A stretch of DNA of 64,000 bases from a virus (taxonomy: Duplodnaviria; Caudoviricetes). Both the position numbers and the translations under genes were made by a program. This document shows, in pieces, positions 45,544 through 56,915 of the stretch. How positions within the stretch are numbered: the first letter of the stretch is position 1; every line of letters begins with the position of its first letter. The stretch spans positions 64,001-128,000 of IMG/VR virus record IMGVR_UViG_2731957577_000001. One strand, 5' to 3'. The notes below the pieces were generated by a model that searched no databases, had not been told where the DNA came from, and saw only the letters and a program-made list of their open reading frames with translations.

Positions 45544-46935
45544 TCAGCCTGCAATCAAATGACGCTGGTTGTGCTTGTACGTATCCACCCGCGCCTTGAT
45601 CGACTCATAGCTCACCTCAAAGAGTTCGGATGCTTGCCGGATGTATATGTCCAGTTCAACCGGATCTTCAACCTGGCTCAGAACCTCGATGACTTTTCGC
45701 ATCCGTTCTTGTTGCAATTGTGCAATCTCGGATTGATGATAAAAGATCTGGTCATAGGTCTCACGATGAATCCGTTCCAACCGCCACTGACTTATGGTAC
45801 GCCGATGCTTCTCCATCCAGCGAAGCAGCTGATCAGGTTCATCTTCGAAGTTGTCACAAAGATCACAGGGATCTAGACCCTCTGGCATTGGGATGATAAA
45901 CGTCTGGATACCGTGAGACGTCAGCATCTTGGCATCCCGCTCGATGGCCTTCATGCCGGCTTCATCCCCATCTCGCATCGAGACGACCCGCTTCGCGCCG
46001 GCGCGCACCAAGAGTTTCGTCTGGGCTTCGGTGAGCGCGGTTCCCATCGTGCAGACGGCATTCTGGACACCATATTTGTGGAGCTTGATGACATCCGTCC
46101 AGCCCTCGACAATCACAGCTTCGCCCCACTGGCGAATGAACTCTTTTGCGATGTGCATGCCAAAGAGGTGATTGCCCTTGTCAAACTCCGGATACGGATG
46201 GTCCTTGTAATACGGGTCATCCGGCTTGATAGAGATTCGGTCCAGATACTTCACAATCGGCATCTTGCCTTCGGCCTGCAGTTTCTTGTTCGCCTCGGCC
46301 AACACGTTGGGAGGAAGCATCGTCCGGCCGGTAAAGCTGATGATGTTCCCGTGAAAGTCAAACAGGGTAAAGACGATGCGATCCTTGGTATTCCGAAAAT
46401 CATAGTCCACGTCATCACCAAAGCCGAGCTTCCAAAGCAAAATGTCTTGCATCGTGAACCCGCGCTGATAGAGGTATGCCAGAGCCTCTTTGTTGTTCAT
46501 GAGGTTCTGTTGAAACCGCTCAGCAGCTCGCTCACAATACTCAATCCACTTGGCGCGAAGATCCTGTTTTCGCTTGGCTTCAGGATCCAGAACCGGCAGT
46601 GGCTCACCTAGGAAGTTGGCCAACCACTCAATCGCTTCGCCAAGATTGCATCGTAAAATGCCCTTCAAGAAACCATACACATCACAAGACTGAACGGTGC
46701 TATGGTTTCTGGAACCAGCGCCACAGGCATAACAGCCAAAGGTCTGTTTGTCCGTCCGAACATGGAAACTCGGATTCTTTTCTTCATGAAACGGACAACA
46801 CGCCACATAGTCGCGGCCCATCTTCTTCAGCGGCACAAACTGAGAGATGACCGCCACAATGTCGGCCTTCGACTTCAGATACTCCTTGAATTCATCTGGA
46901 TAGTACGGCACATCGACCCTCCTCTCCTTGATCAA
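45544..46935 (-). CDS. dnaG: DnaG-type DNA primase
   Basis: CHC2 'CPFHEEKNPSF...C..CG', 'F.GR', 'KYL', TOPRIM 'VEG..DV', 'DGDEAG', 'DP.D'. Confidence 0.92.
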   Translation of the reverse strand: MIKERRVDVPYYPDEFKEYLKSKADIVAVISQFVPLKKMGRDYVACCPFHEEKNPSFHVRTDKQTFGCYACGAGSRNHSTVQSCDVYGFLKGILRCNLGEAIEWLANFLGEPLPVLDPEAKRKQDLRAKWIEYCERAAERFQQNLMNNKEALAYLYQRGFTMQDILLWKLGFGDDVDYDFRNTKDRIVFTLFDFHGNIISFTGRTMLPPNVLAEANKKLQAEGKMPIVKYLDRISIKPDDPYYKDHPYPEFDKGNHLFGMHIAKEFIRQWGEAVIVEGWTDVIKLHKYGVQNAVCTMGTALTEAQTKLLVRAGAKRVVSMRDGDEAGMKAIERDAKMLTSHGIQTFIIPMPEGLDPCDLCDNFEDEPDQLLRWMEKHRRTISQWRLERIHRETYDQIFYHQSEIAQLQQERMRKVIEVLSQVEDPVELDIYIRQASELFEVSYESIKARVDTYKHNQRHLIAG

Positions 46936-47420
46936 ACTCCAAAAAGACGCGATAGCGACGATATCTCGACCTCGAAATCAACCTTCTTCACGCGCTTCGG
47001 AATGTAGCAACTGCCGTCTGGATTGTACTTGGCCGGAGATTGCTCCGGGAGGTCAAAAGTCCCATCAAGAGGTGTATGAAAAACATCGGATATAAGCCTT
47101 AGCATTCCAAACGAAGTTACATTCACGAAGCGGATCCGGGTGGCAGAGGGAAAATACTCGTGACAACGACTCTTCAACTCATTGAGCATCCTTCGGGCGA
47201 TCCCTTGTCTTTGATGCGACTTCTTGACCATGACCCAGGTACAGCGGACCACAGAAGGATCGGTGAGGTCTTTGAACACATGTATCTCGCCGATGTCTTT
47301 CCCATATTCAATCTTGAATCCGTAGCCGTCAGGCGCTATCGTAGACCAGGAAAGCGGTCGGGAATCCCTTTCCCGGTTCATCTCATTCCTCTTTGAATTC
47401 GTCCGGATAGTACGCCACAA
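46932..47420 (-). CDS. GNAT-fold acetyltransferase-like protein
   Basis: 'V...HQRQGIARRML' acetyl-CoA motif A. Confidence 0.6.
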   Translation of the reverse strand: MWRTIRTNSKRNEMNRERDSRPLSWSTIAPDGYGFKIEYGKDIGEIHVFKDLTDPSVVRCTWVMVKKSHQRQGIARRMLNELKSRCHEYFPSATRIRFVNVTSFGMLRLISDVFHTPLDGTFDLPEQSPAKYNPDGSCYIPKRVKKVDFEVEISSLSRLFGV

Positions 47421-47467
47421 ACGATCATCCCTCCTTGGATCAATCCCCTAAATGGAGCGATAGCGAC

Positions 47468-50400
47468 TCAGTCATCGTCTTTCATAGTTGGCAGGATGCC
47501 CCGTTCAACATACTTTACGGCGTCCACTTCCTCGCAGACTTCACGGGCATGATCGCGAGCTGGCGCCTCACTGGCGTAGATGTACAGCTCACCCTCGACG
47601 GCCAATTTATCCCCGTCTTTATAGACGTCGAAAAGGCGTTCTCCGTACCAACCACGAAACGGCTCAAGGACAATCCAGTGATTCGGGAAATCCGGATGAT
47701 CCACTGGCCTTACAAACACCTTCTGGTTCGGATCGATACTTTCGACGTAAATGGTCCCCTTCATCGATTCTCCTCCTTGAGTTTCTCACGTTCCTGTCGC
47801 GCCCACTCAATCCATGCCTTGAGGGCTGGGTTTGTGACTTCAATCGTTGTTCCTCGCAGTTCAAGAACGTGATGCGCGGCTTCAAGTTCCCGGGCCAACA
47901 TCTCGATGGTTCGTAGTTTCTGGAGGTCCCAGCAAGTACCACAGAGACAAAACGCCTCTTGAATCTCATCGGGAGTTAACGGCTGAGCTTCAATCATCTT
48001 GTTCATCCTCCCAATCAATCCATGCTTTCACGTCTTCAGGAATCGAGTCTAGAGCAGCCTGCGCGATATCAACCGATGCCTTCCCATCGCTGTTAGCGAC
48101 TGTAGACAACGCACCCGCCATGTTCCGCACTGTGTTCGCCAAGACATAAATCGTGTTCATGGCTTCCACATGTTCCGCAGGTCGAACATACATGAGTTCA
48201 GTACCTTCACCGCTCATCTGCCGGAGCAGATCATAGGTCATGTAAAACAATTCAGGTGAAAACATGTTCGAACCTCCTATGGACTGGTGATCTCAAAGAT
48301 GCCTCGAAATCCCTTCGGAAAGCTCGTGATACCTTCGCTCTCTCTCGACACGGCGCGACAATCGCCGATAGGCTCGCTGGACTTTCCGTTCCAAAGGGAT
48401 GCCCAATAGACGTTCCCACCAGTTGTAGTGGATGACCTGATACTTGTTCCCGCACTCTACTACGAACTCATTCCCTCGAATATGTCGAACTCCCATGATA
48501 ACGTCCTCCGTTCCCTTGGCCTTTTTGTAAATCATCGGTCCCTACACAAGAAGTACACCGAGAACAACCAACGGCCACAAGAGACACGCCAGGGTCCACT
48601 CGGTACGGGTCATACGGCGTGGCGCAAGATCCCCATGCATCTGGGAAGCAATAAATGCGACTGCTACACTAGTGATGAGATACAATCCAATAAACGCGAG
48701 GATTTGCTCAGCAGACGTCAATGTTCATAGCGCCTCCTTTTCCGCGCACCTTGTCATAGGCTTCACGGGCTATTTGAACAAAGAAGTCGCCTTGCATCGA
48801 CTGTTTCTCTCTGAAATTGTTGAATACAATCCGCGCCAATGCATCCAGCATGATGGCGTTTTGATTTTCTAACTCAGACAACCCCTTGACCATCTTTTCG
48901 TTGCATTCATGCGCCCGCTTCACTTCCTCATGCAGACGCTTGTTGCGCTCCCGCAACTCCTCAATTTGTTCTCCCCGAACCTTGGCGAGAACCTCACCCG
49001 ACATCGTGTGGACCTCTTGCGCCTCATCACAGAATTCGGTGAGCCTGTGTATCTCCTCCAATTTATCCCGCATGATGGCGTTCTGTTGTTCTAATTCCTT
49101 GATATAGTCCATCATGTGTTGCTTTTGCGCACGAAGAGATGTCACTAAGTCAAAGGCTCCGATCGGACACTCACTATCTATGATTGATTGTAACTTTACG
49201 ATCTTTTGGTCGCGCTCGTCGATTTGTTCAAGGAGGAATCCGATACTTGTGCACCCTGACTTCGGGGAACTAACCGACCACGGATTCTCCAACGCTTCTT
49301 CGTAGCTTCGAGTCTCGGTGTGTCCATCAATAAACGTTGCTACAAACTGCGTGCCGTTTTCGTCTGACCTCACCGTAACAGGATGCTTCATGTCGTGTTC
49401 CCAGGCATCCCTTATCGCCTGTATGCGCTCGTTATCGTCCATCACTCGTCCCCTTCTCCAAACTCGCCGCTCTGGAGTTGGGCTAGTGCTTTGTCGGCAA
49501 TATGTTGACAATCAGCTAAGGCATCAAATGGGCTATACACAGGTACATCTATCCATCCTCCAGCGGATTGCTTGGAGATGTCCTTTAACGCCTTCTGCGT
49601 CACCTTCACCGCCGCAATCAGTTTTGGCCCTACCTCGTATCGCCATCCTGCTTCTGTGATCCGTCCATCTTTCATCGCTTGCTCAATCTCGTTCAGCCAT
49701 TGCATTAGGCTTCACCCCGCTTTCTCCAGAGCGCTACCGGAGATGCTACCATACTGCGGGGCAACTTCCGCTCAATGCGTTCAGCCAATGCCTTTCGCTG
49801 ATTGCAGACCTCACATTCCTCCACTTTGCACTCCATGTAGGACGTCTCAAGCGCTCCCAACAGTAATACCAACTCTGTCTGCGTGAAGTCCATCCGACGG
49901 ACCTTGTTCTCGTCCACTACCAACCTTCACACACCCCTTCCTCACTCGGTATGATCCGCATGGCAAAACGGACATCCATCCTTATTCGTCGCCTCAAACC
50001 GGAACAAGTCTGACTCAGAGAGAACAATGTCGCGGACTTTATCGGCATAGCGTCCGCCAATACATCCGCATGGCTCGTTAATGTCCGTAGCAATCACGGT
50101 GTAGTGCTTAGTCGCCACGAATTGAACCCTCCTTTTCGGTTGCTATTTGCAACTCACCGGCCGCTTGGCAAATACGCCGGGTCAAATACTCATCCAATCC
50201 TTTGCACGCACGATCGGGATGATGATGGCAGTACCAAGTCTTACGAACTCTCTCCACGACGTCTTGCGGCTGTCGAAGGAGCCTTTCCGCAGAATCTCTA
50301 TAGTATCCTGTGACCATCGCACAGTCGTGACATGGCTTTGGGAGGAGTTCAAGCGGAGGTTGTTCAGCCCACCAGCGCCAATACTCACTTTCATGAACGA

Positions 50401-50681
50401 CAACTCGCGGGCGGCGAATTCTAGGCATCCAACTCGTCCCTCTGGACCTGGTGAACTTCAATCACGACATGCTTTTCATCTTTGACCGGCAGACGAATAA
50501 TCCCTTTTGCAAAGAAGGCCGCCCCAATCAGAAAAGCCACGATCGAGAAGTTATCACAGGCTGCTTCTTGAGCGGATTTCGCCCACAAATGCCACCCGAA
50601 ATACCACGTTTCCAGTGTGTTAAACACCAAGGCCAGTGTGATCAATACAAGACCAATCGCCGTGAATGATTTTGCGGTCAT
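47468..50681 (-). other. Array of about 11 short, tightly packed phage hypothetical genes (47468-47764, 47761-48018, 47990-48265, 48293-48535, 48542-48721, 48708-49442, 49442-49705, 49705-49923, 49942-50118, 50108-50428, 50421-50681)
   Basis: Overlapping start/stop junctions with SD sequences; two are membrane proteins, several contain CxxC. Confidence 0.55.
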
Positions 50682-50717
50682 GATGGTTCCCTCCGGAAAA
50701 AACGAGGGATGAACGCA

Positions 50718-51704
50718 TCATCCCTCGAGGTTTAGGATGTACCGAACCAGGTCGGTGATTTGCTCGCTCATGTCTTTCCTAAACTCGCGGACGCTCAGCG
50801 CGAGAGCTTGTGGCTTCTGTTCGCAATATCGATCCAGTGTAGCCAGTATATTCTGGTGCATCTTACGGACAACGTCCACGTCGATGGCGAATTTATTTTC
50901 CGCCTGCTCGCTCCGCAAGATCTGCAGTTCCTGGCGAAGCATCTCCAGTTCTTCGCGCATCGATTCCGCCGCTTGAATCTGGCGGTTGCGGTCGTCAATC
51001 ACCTCTTGAACCAGCTTCAGATTCTGAACGGTCGAGAGCTGATCGGACAAAGAACGGAGATAGGACATCGCCTGATGGATCGATTCCGTCAAGACCGCCA
51101 TGATCTCACGGTCATCTTTCTTGAGAATCTCTTGTGCGGTCGGAATCGACTCCATCTGTTCCAGAAACTCGCGGACTCGCTCATCCAGATTGACTGGCCG
51201 CTCTGTTACACCCGAAGTCTGGCCAAAGACGGTTTCATCCGCCAACGCCGTCACAGGCGCTGTAGTCTCCACTTCCTTGGCCGGTTCCGGCGTAGGTTGT
51301 GCAGCTTGAACCGGTACAGACGATTCTTTGGGAACAGACTCTGTCTTTGGCTCCAGTGTCACCAAATCTTTTTGAGGTCGAACGCCGAGCTTTGCAAACA
51401 AATCCGCCAGAGCAGCGTCATCTTCAGGACCAGAAATCTTGATCGATTTCTTCACAAATGGGCTGTTCTCAGGTAGCTTATAGATCTTGCGGTTGTACTG
51501 ACCGCGGCGATCCAACTGAATCAATTCTCCAGCCTCGACCAGCTTCTTGAGATGATAGTCCATCGTCGGCCCTTGAACCCCAAACATGTCTGCCAGTTCC
51601 GTGGACGCAATCTCAATGGTTCCATCCGGAGATTGCTCAATTAAATCAGCCATGTATTGTAAAACTTTATGTCGGTCAACTTTTCGAGCCGTCTGTGCGC
51701 TCAT
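50718..51704 (-). CDS. Winged-HTH DNA-binding protein with C-terminal coiled coil
   Basis: 'STELADMFGVQGPTMDYHLKKLVEAGEL' HTH plus wing. Confidence 0.7.
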   Translation of the reverse strand: MSAQTARKVDRHKVLQYMADLIEQSPDGTIEIASTELADMFGVQGPTMDYHLKKLVEAGELIQLDRRGQYNRKIYKLPENSPFVKKSIKISGPEDDAALADLFAKLGVRPQKDLVTLEPKTESVPKESSVPVQAAQPTPEPAKEVETTAPVTALADETVFGQTSGVTERPVNLDERVREFLEQMESIPTAQEILKKDDREIMAVLTESIHQAMSYLRSLSDQLSTVQNLKLVQEVIDDRNRQIQAAESMREELEMLRQELQILRSEQAENKFAIDVDVVRKMHQNILATLDRYCEQKPQALALSVREFRKDMSEQITDLVRYILNLEG

Positions 51705-51796
51705 GAGAAAGCCCCTCTCACTTTGGCCTTATACGCTTATAATCGTCTTCTTGAGACCATTATAAACGATAAGTTCAAGAAAAGTACAGACGGCGA

Positions 51797-53746
51797 TCAA
51801 GATAGCTTCACTTTTTGCAGAATTTCTTCGGGAAGTTCGTCCAAGAACCGAGATGGCTTGACAGAAATCAGGCCGCGAGGCCCTTGCCGCATCGTAGTGT
51901 ATGTCAAGAAAAGACGTTTTTCTGCTCGGGTAATGCCGACATACGCAAGCCGACGTTCTTCCTCCAACTCATGCGCTTCCTTGCTACGCCAAGACGGAAA
52001 GACGCCTTCATTCATGCCGATGATAAAGACCACCGGAAACTCCAGGCCTTTACTGGAGTGCATGGTCATCAGCCGTACCGCGTTTTGGCCCTTTTCCTCC
52101 ACATCCGTGAGCAGCGAGATTTCCTGCAGAAAGTCTCCGAGTGTCTTGTCTGGATGGTCTTCTTGATACTGATGTACCAGTCGAAGAAACTCCTCCAGGT
52201 TATCCAGCTTGTCCTGGGCTTCTTTATTCTTGGTGTTCTGCCACATGGCCACGTAGCCCGTCTTATCTAAGACATACTTCACGAACTTCTCGAGATCGCG
52301 AGTCTGGTGGGCGCGCAGATCTTCCAGCAAAGACAAGAACACTTTTACCTTACCGTTGGTCGCTTTCTTGATCTGTTTGATGTCGTCAATGCTCCGCAAC
52401 GCCCGATGAATGCTGACTTTGTAGTCATTGGCGTACTTAATGATATGTTCTTCAGACGACTTCCCTATGCCGCGCGCGGGCTTATTCAGAATGCGAAGCA
52501 TCGCGGCATCATCCTTGGGGTTATGGATCACGCGAAGATACGAAACCGTGTCCTTGATCTCCTCCCGTTCAAAGAACGCAGACCCACCCACGACCTTATA
52601 CGGAATGAAGTTCGGCACAAAGAGTTGCTCTAGGGCCAGAGATTGTGCATTGTTCCGGTAGAGCACGGCGAAGTCTGACCACGCATACCCTTCTTCCATG
52701 ACCATCTTCTTGATCTTTGAAGCCACGTATGCCGATTCCTTGCGCTCATCGGACAGCTCGATGACCTGGATGGCATGGCCGCCTTTCTTGTCCGTGAAGA
52801 GGTTCTTCTCTTTCTGGTTTGGATTGTGTTTCATGATCATGTTTCCGGCATGGACAATGACCTCGGTGGACCGGTAGTTCTGGTCCAGATAAATCGTCGT
52901 GCAAGGGAAGAACTTGCGCTCGAAGGACAGAATGTTCGAGATGTCGGATCCGCGGAAACCATAGATGGACTGATAGTCATCGCCCACGACAAATAGATTG
53001 TTCTGTGGCCAAGCCAGGTACGACAGAAGCATGAACTGCGCATGATTGACGTCCTGATACTCGTCCGCAAAGACGAACTTAAAACGGTTCTGCCAATACT
53101 CGCGGGCACCTGGAAAGTCGTTCAGGATCTGAACGGTGTTCATGATAAGGTCGCCAAAATCCATCGCATTGGCTTCCTTCATGAACTCTTGATACTTGGC
53201 ATAGACCTGGGCCATGACCTCATATGTGGGCGAATCCGCGAGATTATACAGACACCAATCGGGAGTATGCAGAAGGTTCTTGGCTTGATCAATGTAATGC
53301 AATGCCAGACCTTCTTTATAGTCCTCCTCAATGCCCATCATCTTGTAGATGCGTTCAAGAAGTTTGAGCTGGTCGCTAGTGTCATAGATGACAAAATTGC
53401 GTTCATAGCCGAGAAGATGTGCGTATTTGCGGAGAATGCGGACACAAAGGGAGTGAAAGGTCCCCATCCAGATTTGCGCCGCCTTCTCTTCACCGATCAC
53501 CTTCGTGATGCGCTCTTTCATCTCGCGCGCGGCCTTGTTGGTGAAGGTGGCGACAAACATCTCACTGGGCTGAACGCCATGATTCGCAATCATGTTGGCG
53601 ATGCGAACGGTCATCGTGCGCGTCTTACCCGAACCGGCGCCAGCCAACACGAGGACGGGCCCATAAATCGTTTCGGCCGCCTGCCGTTGATTCGGATTGA
53701 GTTCGGACAGCATCTGCTCAATTGGGGTGGTTGTTATTGTGGTCAT
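51797..53746 (-). CDS. pcrA: PcrA/UvrD SF1 helicase
   Basis: 'LNPNQ', 'AGAGSGKT', 'TFTNKAA', 'DEYQD', 'VGDDYQSIYGFRG', 'NYRS', 'H.SKGLEF', 'EERRLAYVGITRA'. Confidence 0.95.
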   Translation of the reverse strand: MTTITTTPIEQMLSELNPNQRQAAETIYGPVLVLAGAGSGKTRTMTVRIANMIANHGVQPSEMFVATFTNKAAREMKERITKVIGEEKAAQIWMGTFHSLCVRILRKYAHLLGYERNFVIYDTSDQLKLLERIYKMMGIEEDYKEGLALHYIDQAKNLLHTPDWCLYNLADSPTYEVMAQVYAKYQEFMKEANAMDFGDLIMNTVQILNDFPGAREYWQNRFKFVFADEYQDVNHAQFMLLSYLAWPQNNLFVVGDDYQSIYGFRGSDISNILSFERKFFPCTTIYLDQNYRSTEVIVHAGNMIMKHNPNQKEKNLFTDKKGGHAIQVIELSDERKESAYVASKIKKMVMEEGYAWSDFAVLYRNNAQSLALEQLFVPNFIPYKVVGGSAFFEREEIKDTVSYLRVIHNPKDDAAMLRILNKPARGIGKSSEEHIIKYANDYKVSIHRALRSIDDIKQIKKATNGKVKVFLSLLEDLRAHQTRDLEKFVKYVLDKTGYVAMWQNTKNKEAQDKLDNLEEFLRLVHQYQEDHPDKTLGDFLQEISLLTDVEEKGQNAVRLMTMHSSKGLEFPVVFIIGMNEGVFPSWRSKEAHELEEERRLAYVGITRAEKRLFLTYTTMRQGPRGLISVKPSRFLDELPEEILQKVKLS

Positions 53747-53783
53747 GATTCGCCTCCACAGTGAATCTCATTCAGGCCGTGAC

Positions 53784-53975
53784 TCATTGATCACGATGAT
53801 CCTTGTTCAACTCCTCGCATTTGACCATCGCTCTGCGAGCAATCTCAGCCAATTCGGTCGCAAACCCGCCAATGCCTATACCCACTAAACGCCAAGAACG
53901 TTCCGCATAATCGATACGCTTTAAGGCGTCCCACATGATGGCGTTTTGTTGTTGCAACGTATCCATCGCAATCAC
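53784..53975 (-). CDS. Small hypothetical protein
   Basis: AAAGGAG RBS; QNAIM module. Confidence 0.5.
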   Translation of the reverse strand: MIAMDTLQQQNAIMWDALKRIDYAERSWRLVGIGIGGFATELAEIARRAMVKCEELNKDHRDQ

Positions 53976-54003
53976 TCCTTTCTACAAAATGGAGCGATAG
54001 CTC

Positions 54004-54519
54004 TTATCCAACCTGAATATCCTGATAAAGCTCACGCAGGCGCTTGATCCCGTTTTGATAATGGTACTGGACGGTTCCTGGATGAACACCACACAACTTG
54101 GCGATGTCGGTGAACATCCAACCCTCCACGTCATGAAAGAAGATGGCTTCCGCCTGTGCCTTGGTCAGCACGTTGGTTCGAATCCAGTAACGCAATGCGC
54201 GTAACACACGGTCATACGTTTTGTCCTCTTGGTAGACGGGAGCGGGAATGCGCACAATGAATTCCCGAATCTCTGGGTCCGGCGAGGTATCGATGCTCAT
54301 CTTGTTGTTCACGCGTTGGTAGTTGATGCGCTTTGCCAAACGCGACTTGGCGTGGGTCCCTTGAATCCGCCACAGTGCGTACTCTTGGAGAACATCATCC
54401 TTGGTCATGCCGCGCTTTCTAGCCAGCGCCGCCAGCGATTTCGGGCTGACCTGAAGGTGAGGGTTGATGCCTTCCAGCGCACGCTCAATGTCCTTATAGT
54501 CCAGAATAAGTGCAGTCAT
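54004..54519 (-). CDS. Sigma-70 region-4 HTH protein
   Basis: 'LTKAQAEAIF.....GW.F.DIA..CG....TV..H...GIK.LR'. Confidence 0.7.
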   Translation of the reverse strand: MTALILDYKDIERALEGINPHLQVSPKSLAALARKRGMTKDDVLQEYALWRIQGTHAKSRLAKRINYQRVNNKMSIDTSPDPEIREFIVRIPAPVYQEDKTYDRVLRALRYWIRTNVLTKAQAEAIFFHDVEGWMFTDIAKLCGVHPGTVQYHYQNGIKRLRELYQDIQVG

Positions 54520-54565
54520 ACCAACCAGACTCCTTATGTAACCAAAGGGGCCAAGGGCCCCCGTT

Positions 54566-56092
54566 TCATCGTCTCTTGGCGAGGGAAATCAGGGTCGGGT
54601 GAACCTCAAGCAACTGTTGATACAACGACTCAAAGGTCTCGCGAATATCCCACTGCGCTTGTTCGCTCGTGCGCAGATTGATGAGATGATACGCTTCCCA
54701 CAAGTTAAAGTGGGCCACGATTCTGCGCCGATGACAGTTGAGAACGCAATACTCGCGATAGCCGAGCTCTAATATATCGTATAGGGCTTTGGCTTTCTCT
54801 GCGACCTCATAGACGATATCCTCAAGTCCTGCTTCCTGAATGCGCGGTGGTACGGTAATGCCAAGGTTTGCGCTCGGCCGGCTGAACACAAAGTTCGTTT
54901 TCCGGTTGTGACGAAGCAGCTGGTGCCAACTGGCTTCCGAAATCAGCAGTTCCGCTTGGTAATCCACCTGCTTGAACATCTCGGGCGGAACATCATGCGT
55001 CCCCATTTCCCACAAGAGATCTTGGATGGACTCAACCAGATACGATTCACTCATCGTCCGCGCGCGGGCCAGCGCCTCCCGGAATCGAAGGCCCTGCTCC
55101 TGAACCAGGACTTGCGCGATGATGTTCACCATTGCGTGACGTTCCGAAGGTGCCTTCTGAAGGCCCACGTAACTTACTTCGGGAAAATCGGGGAAGTATT
55201 CCGTCGTAAACCGATGTTTGATCCGTGCCTTACTCTTCGCCATATATTCAGAAGGCTCGGCATGCTTGAGCAGTGTCGGCAAGATCTTGGAGATCTCCTG
55301 CTTGAGATTGTCGGCGAGCTGATGAACCTCGGCAAAGTCTGAGTTGTACAGTTTGACAATGCCATCTCGCCAGGCGCGGCCGTTGGCTGTCATGCCAAGA
55401 TTCGTGAACATGGCCAGTGGCAACACGTAGCGCGCGTCTTCAAAGGCGAGCTTACGCAAAGCGACATCTCGCTTGGTTGATTCGCTAAGACTTGCCGGCA
55501 ACAGTGCGTCCTTGTCTTTGTCCTTCAGATGGTTGTACACGCCCTCAATCAACTGTTCAAAGGCGTCGTAGCACTCGTTCATCAGCAATTCAAAGCGCTC
55601 GTGGCGCGGATCGTCTTTCGGAATCGGGTTGTACCAGTCGCCGCGCTTTGGCTGCTGATACCGCTGGCTGTACTCGGTGATCGAGAGAAACTCATTCGAG
55701 AGTTCCAATTCGGCCGAAGCGAGTCGAGACACCTTTTCAATTCCCACATGCGCTACGGCGTGTTCGGCCACGGAACTGTGCCCGTAATTCACGGTCCATT
55801 TTTCATGGAACTGGGCAGCTCGCTCGGACAAAGGCTTGAGATCCAGTGTCCGTCCATCGACTTCAACATGCCCCTTCTCCAGGGCTTCACGGAGGAGTTC
55901 CTTAAAGGACTTGGGGCTTCGAGAAACCCATGCAAACAAAACCGCAACGAATTCTTCGGGCAAGTTGGTTACGCCATAGACATTCCCATCCAGATTCGTG
56001 ATGAACGGAGATAAGTCCACGGCTTCACGGGGCTTTTCCGTCGGCCGGGAAGCTCGGCTCTTGTTCTTCTTTTGCTCCTGGGTGTGTGCCAA
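54566..56092 (-). CDS. thyX: Flavin-dependent thymidylate synthase, tandem-domain ThyX
   Basis: 'YGH.SVAEH', 'E.SQRY', 'EDARYVLP', second repeat 'QLLRHNR', 'LR....AQWDIR'. Confidence 0.88.
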   Translation of the reverse strand: MAHTQEQKKNKSRASRPTEKPREAVDLSPFITNLDGNVYGVTNLPEEFVAVLFAWVSRSPKSFKELLREALEKGHVEVDGRTLDLKPLSERAAQFHEKWTVNYGHSSVAEHAVAHVGIEKVSRLASAELELSNEFLSITEYSQRYQQPKRGDWYNPIPKDDPRHERFELLMNECYDAFEQLIEGVYNHLKDKDKDALLPASLSESTKRDVALRKLAFEDARYVLPLAMFTNLGMTANGRAWRDGIVKLYNSDFAEVHQLADNLKQEISKILPTLLKHAEPSEYMAKSKARIKHRFTTEYFPDFPEVSYVGLQKAPSERHAMVNIIAQVLVQEQGLRFREALARARTMSESYLVESIQDLLWEMGTHDVPPEMFKQVDYQAELLISEASWHQLLRHNRKTNFVFSRPSANLGITVPPRIQEAGLEDIVYEVAEKAKALYDILELGYREYCVLNCHRRRIVAHFNLWEAYHLINLRTSEQAQWDIRETFESLYQQLLEVHPTLISLAKRR

Positions 56093-56155
56093 CCATCGCA
56101 CCTCCAAAAAGATGAGGAGAACGTCTGTCCTCCTCATTGGGTCTCAGTCTGCTCT

Positions 56156-56464
56156 TTAGGTCACGATGCGGACAGGGATCGGAATGAAGTTGTATCCGCC
56201 AAGACCCAGGCTCCTTGCAATGGAACTCGCATGCTCCATCTGACCCAACGCAACCTTGCTCTGGATCCCCAGATCCCGCGGCAGGCCTTTGAGCAGCGAG
56301 GCCTCCGATTGAAACTTCATGGGTTTGACCCCGGTTTTGATGTGCCCCTTGGACGCTGGTCGCGACGCAGTCATTCCGTTCATCTGACGAAACCGACCTT
56401 CGGAGATGAATTGAATGGCCTCTCTCGCATCGGCTCCATAGTGAAACAACGCCACAACCATCAC
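56156..56464 (-). CDS. Hypothetical protein
   Basis: AAGGAGG RBS. Confidence 0.5.
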   Translation of the reverse strand: MMVVALFHYGADAREAIQFISEGRFRQMNGMTASRPASKGHIKTGVKPMKFQSEASLLKGLPRDLGIQSKVALGQMEHASSIARSLGLGGYNFIPIPVRIVT

Positions 56465-56480
56465 CTCCTTTCAGGAGGCG

Positions 56481-56696
56481 TTAGTTCAAGTCGTTAAACA
56501 CCGAAACGCTCGGGCCATCATCGTAATACTCCGGTTTCTTACCGGCCTCGACGAGCTGGCCGCCAGCCTGAGACAGGTGCAGTTCAATGTCCCGAGTCAC
56601 TTCTGTACAACTCGTGCCCTGTCCACCAATGACTTCGAACTTCACGCCGCCGCCTTTCGGAATCGTAAACTTCACCTTGTGCTCCTGCATGATCAT
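56481..56696 (-). CDS. DUF2997-family protein
   Basis: 'F.I...G.V..EV.G..G.SC...T..IE..L.....KPEYY'. Confidence 0.8.
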   Translation of the reverse strand: MIMQEHKVKFTIPKGGGVKFEVIGGQGTSCTEVTRDIELHLSQAGGQLVEAGKKPEYYDDGPSVSVFNDLN

Positions 56697-56717
56697 GATC
56701 CTCCTCTATAGCTCCAT

Positions 56718-56915
56718 TCATGCTACGGCCACACGCAGCCGGTATCCTTGACTACGAAGCGCAGACACGGTTTTGACAACGTCCTGAAGGAAGCTGCATT
56801 CAATCACGGCATCCAGAGAACCGTCGAGATACGTGGCCACACGATAGCCCGAGAGAAACGGACTCCCGTGTGGCGTAATCACGCAGTATTCCTTGAGTTC
56901 TTCAAAGGCGAGCAT
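56718..56915 (-). CDS. Hypothetical protein
   Basis: Start abuts upstream stop. Confidence 0.45.
   Translation of the reverse strand: MLAFEELKEYCVITPHGSPFLSGYRVATYLDGSLDAVIECSFLQDVVKTVSALRSQGYRLRVAVA

Noticed and set aside
48259-48270. Second SOS box (GAAAACATGTTC)
   Set aside because: Mismatch in the core, overlaps a start codon, no promoter nearby
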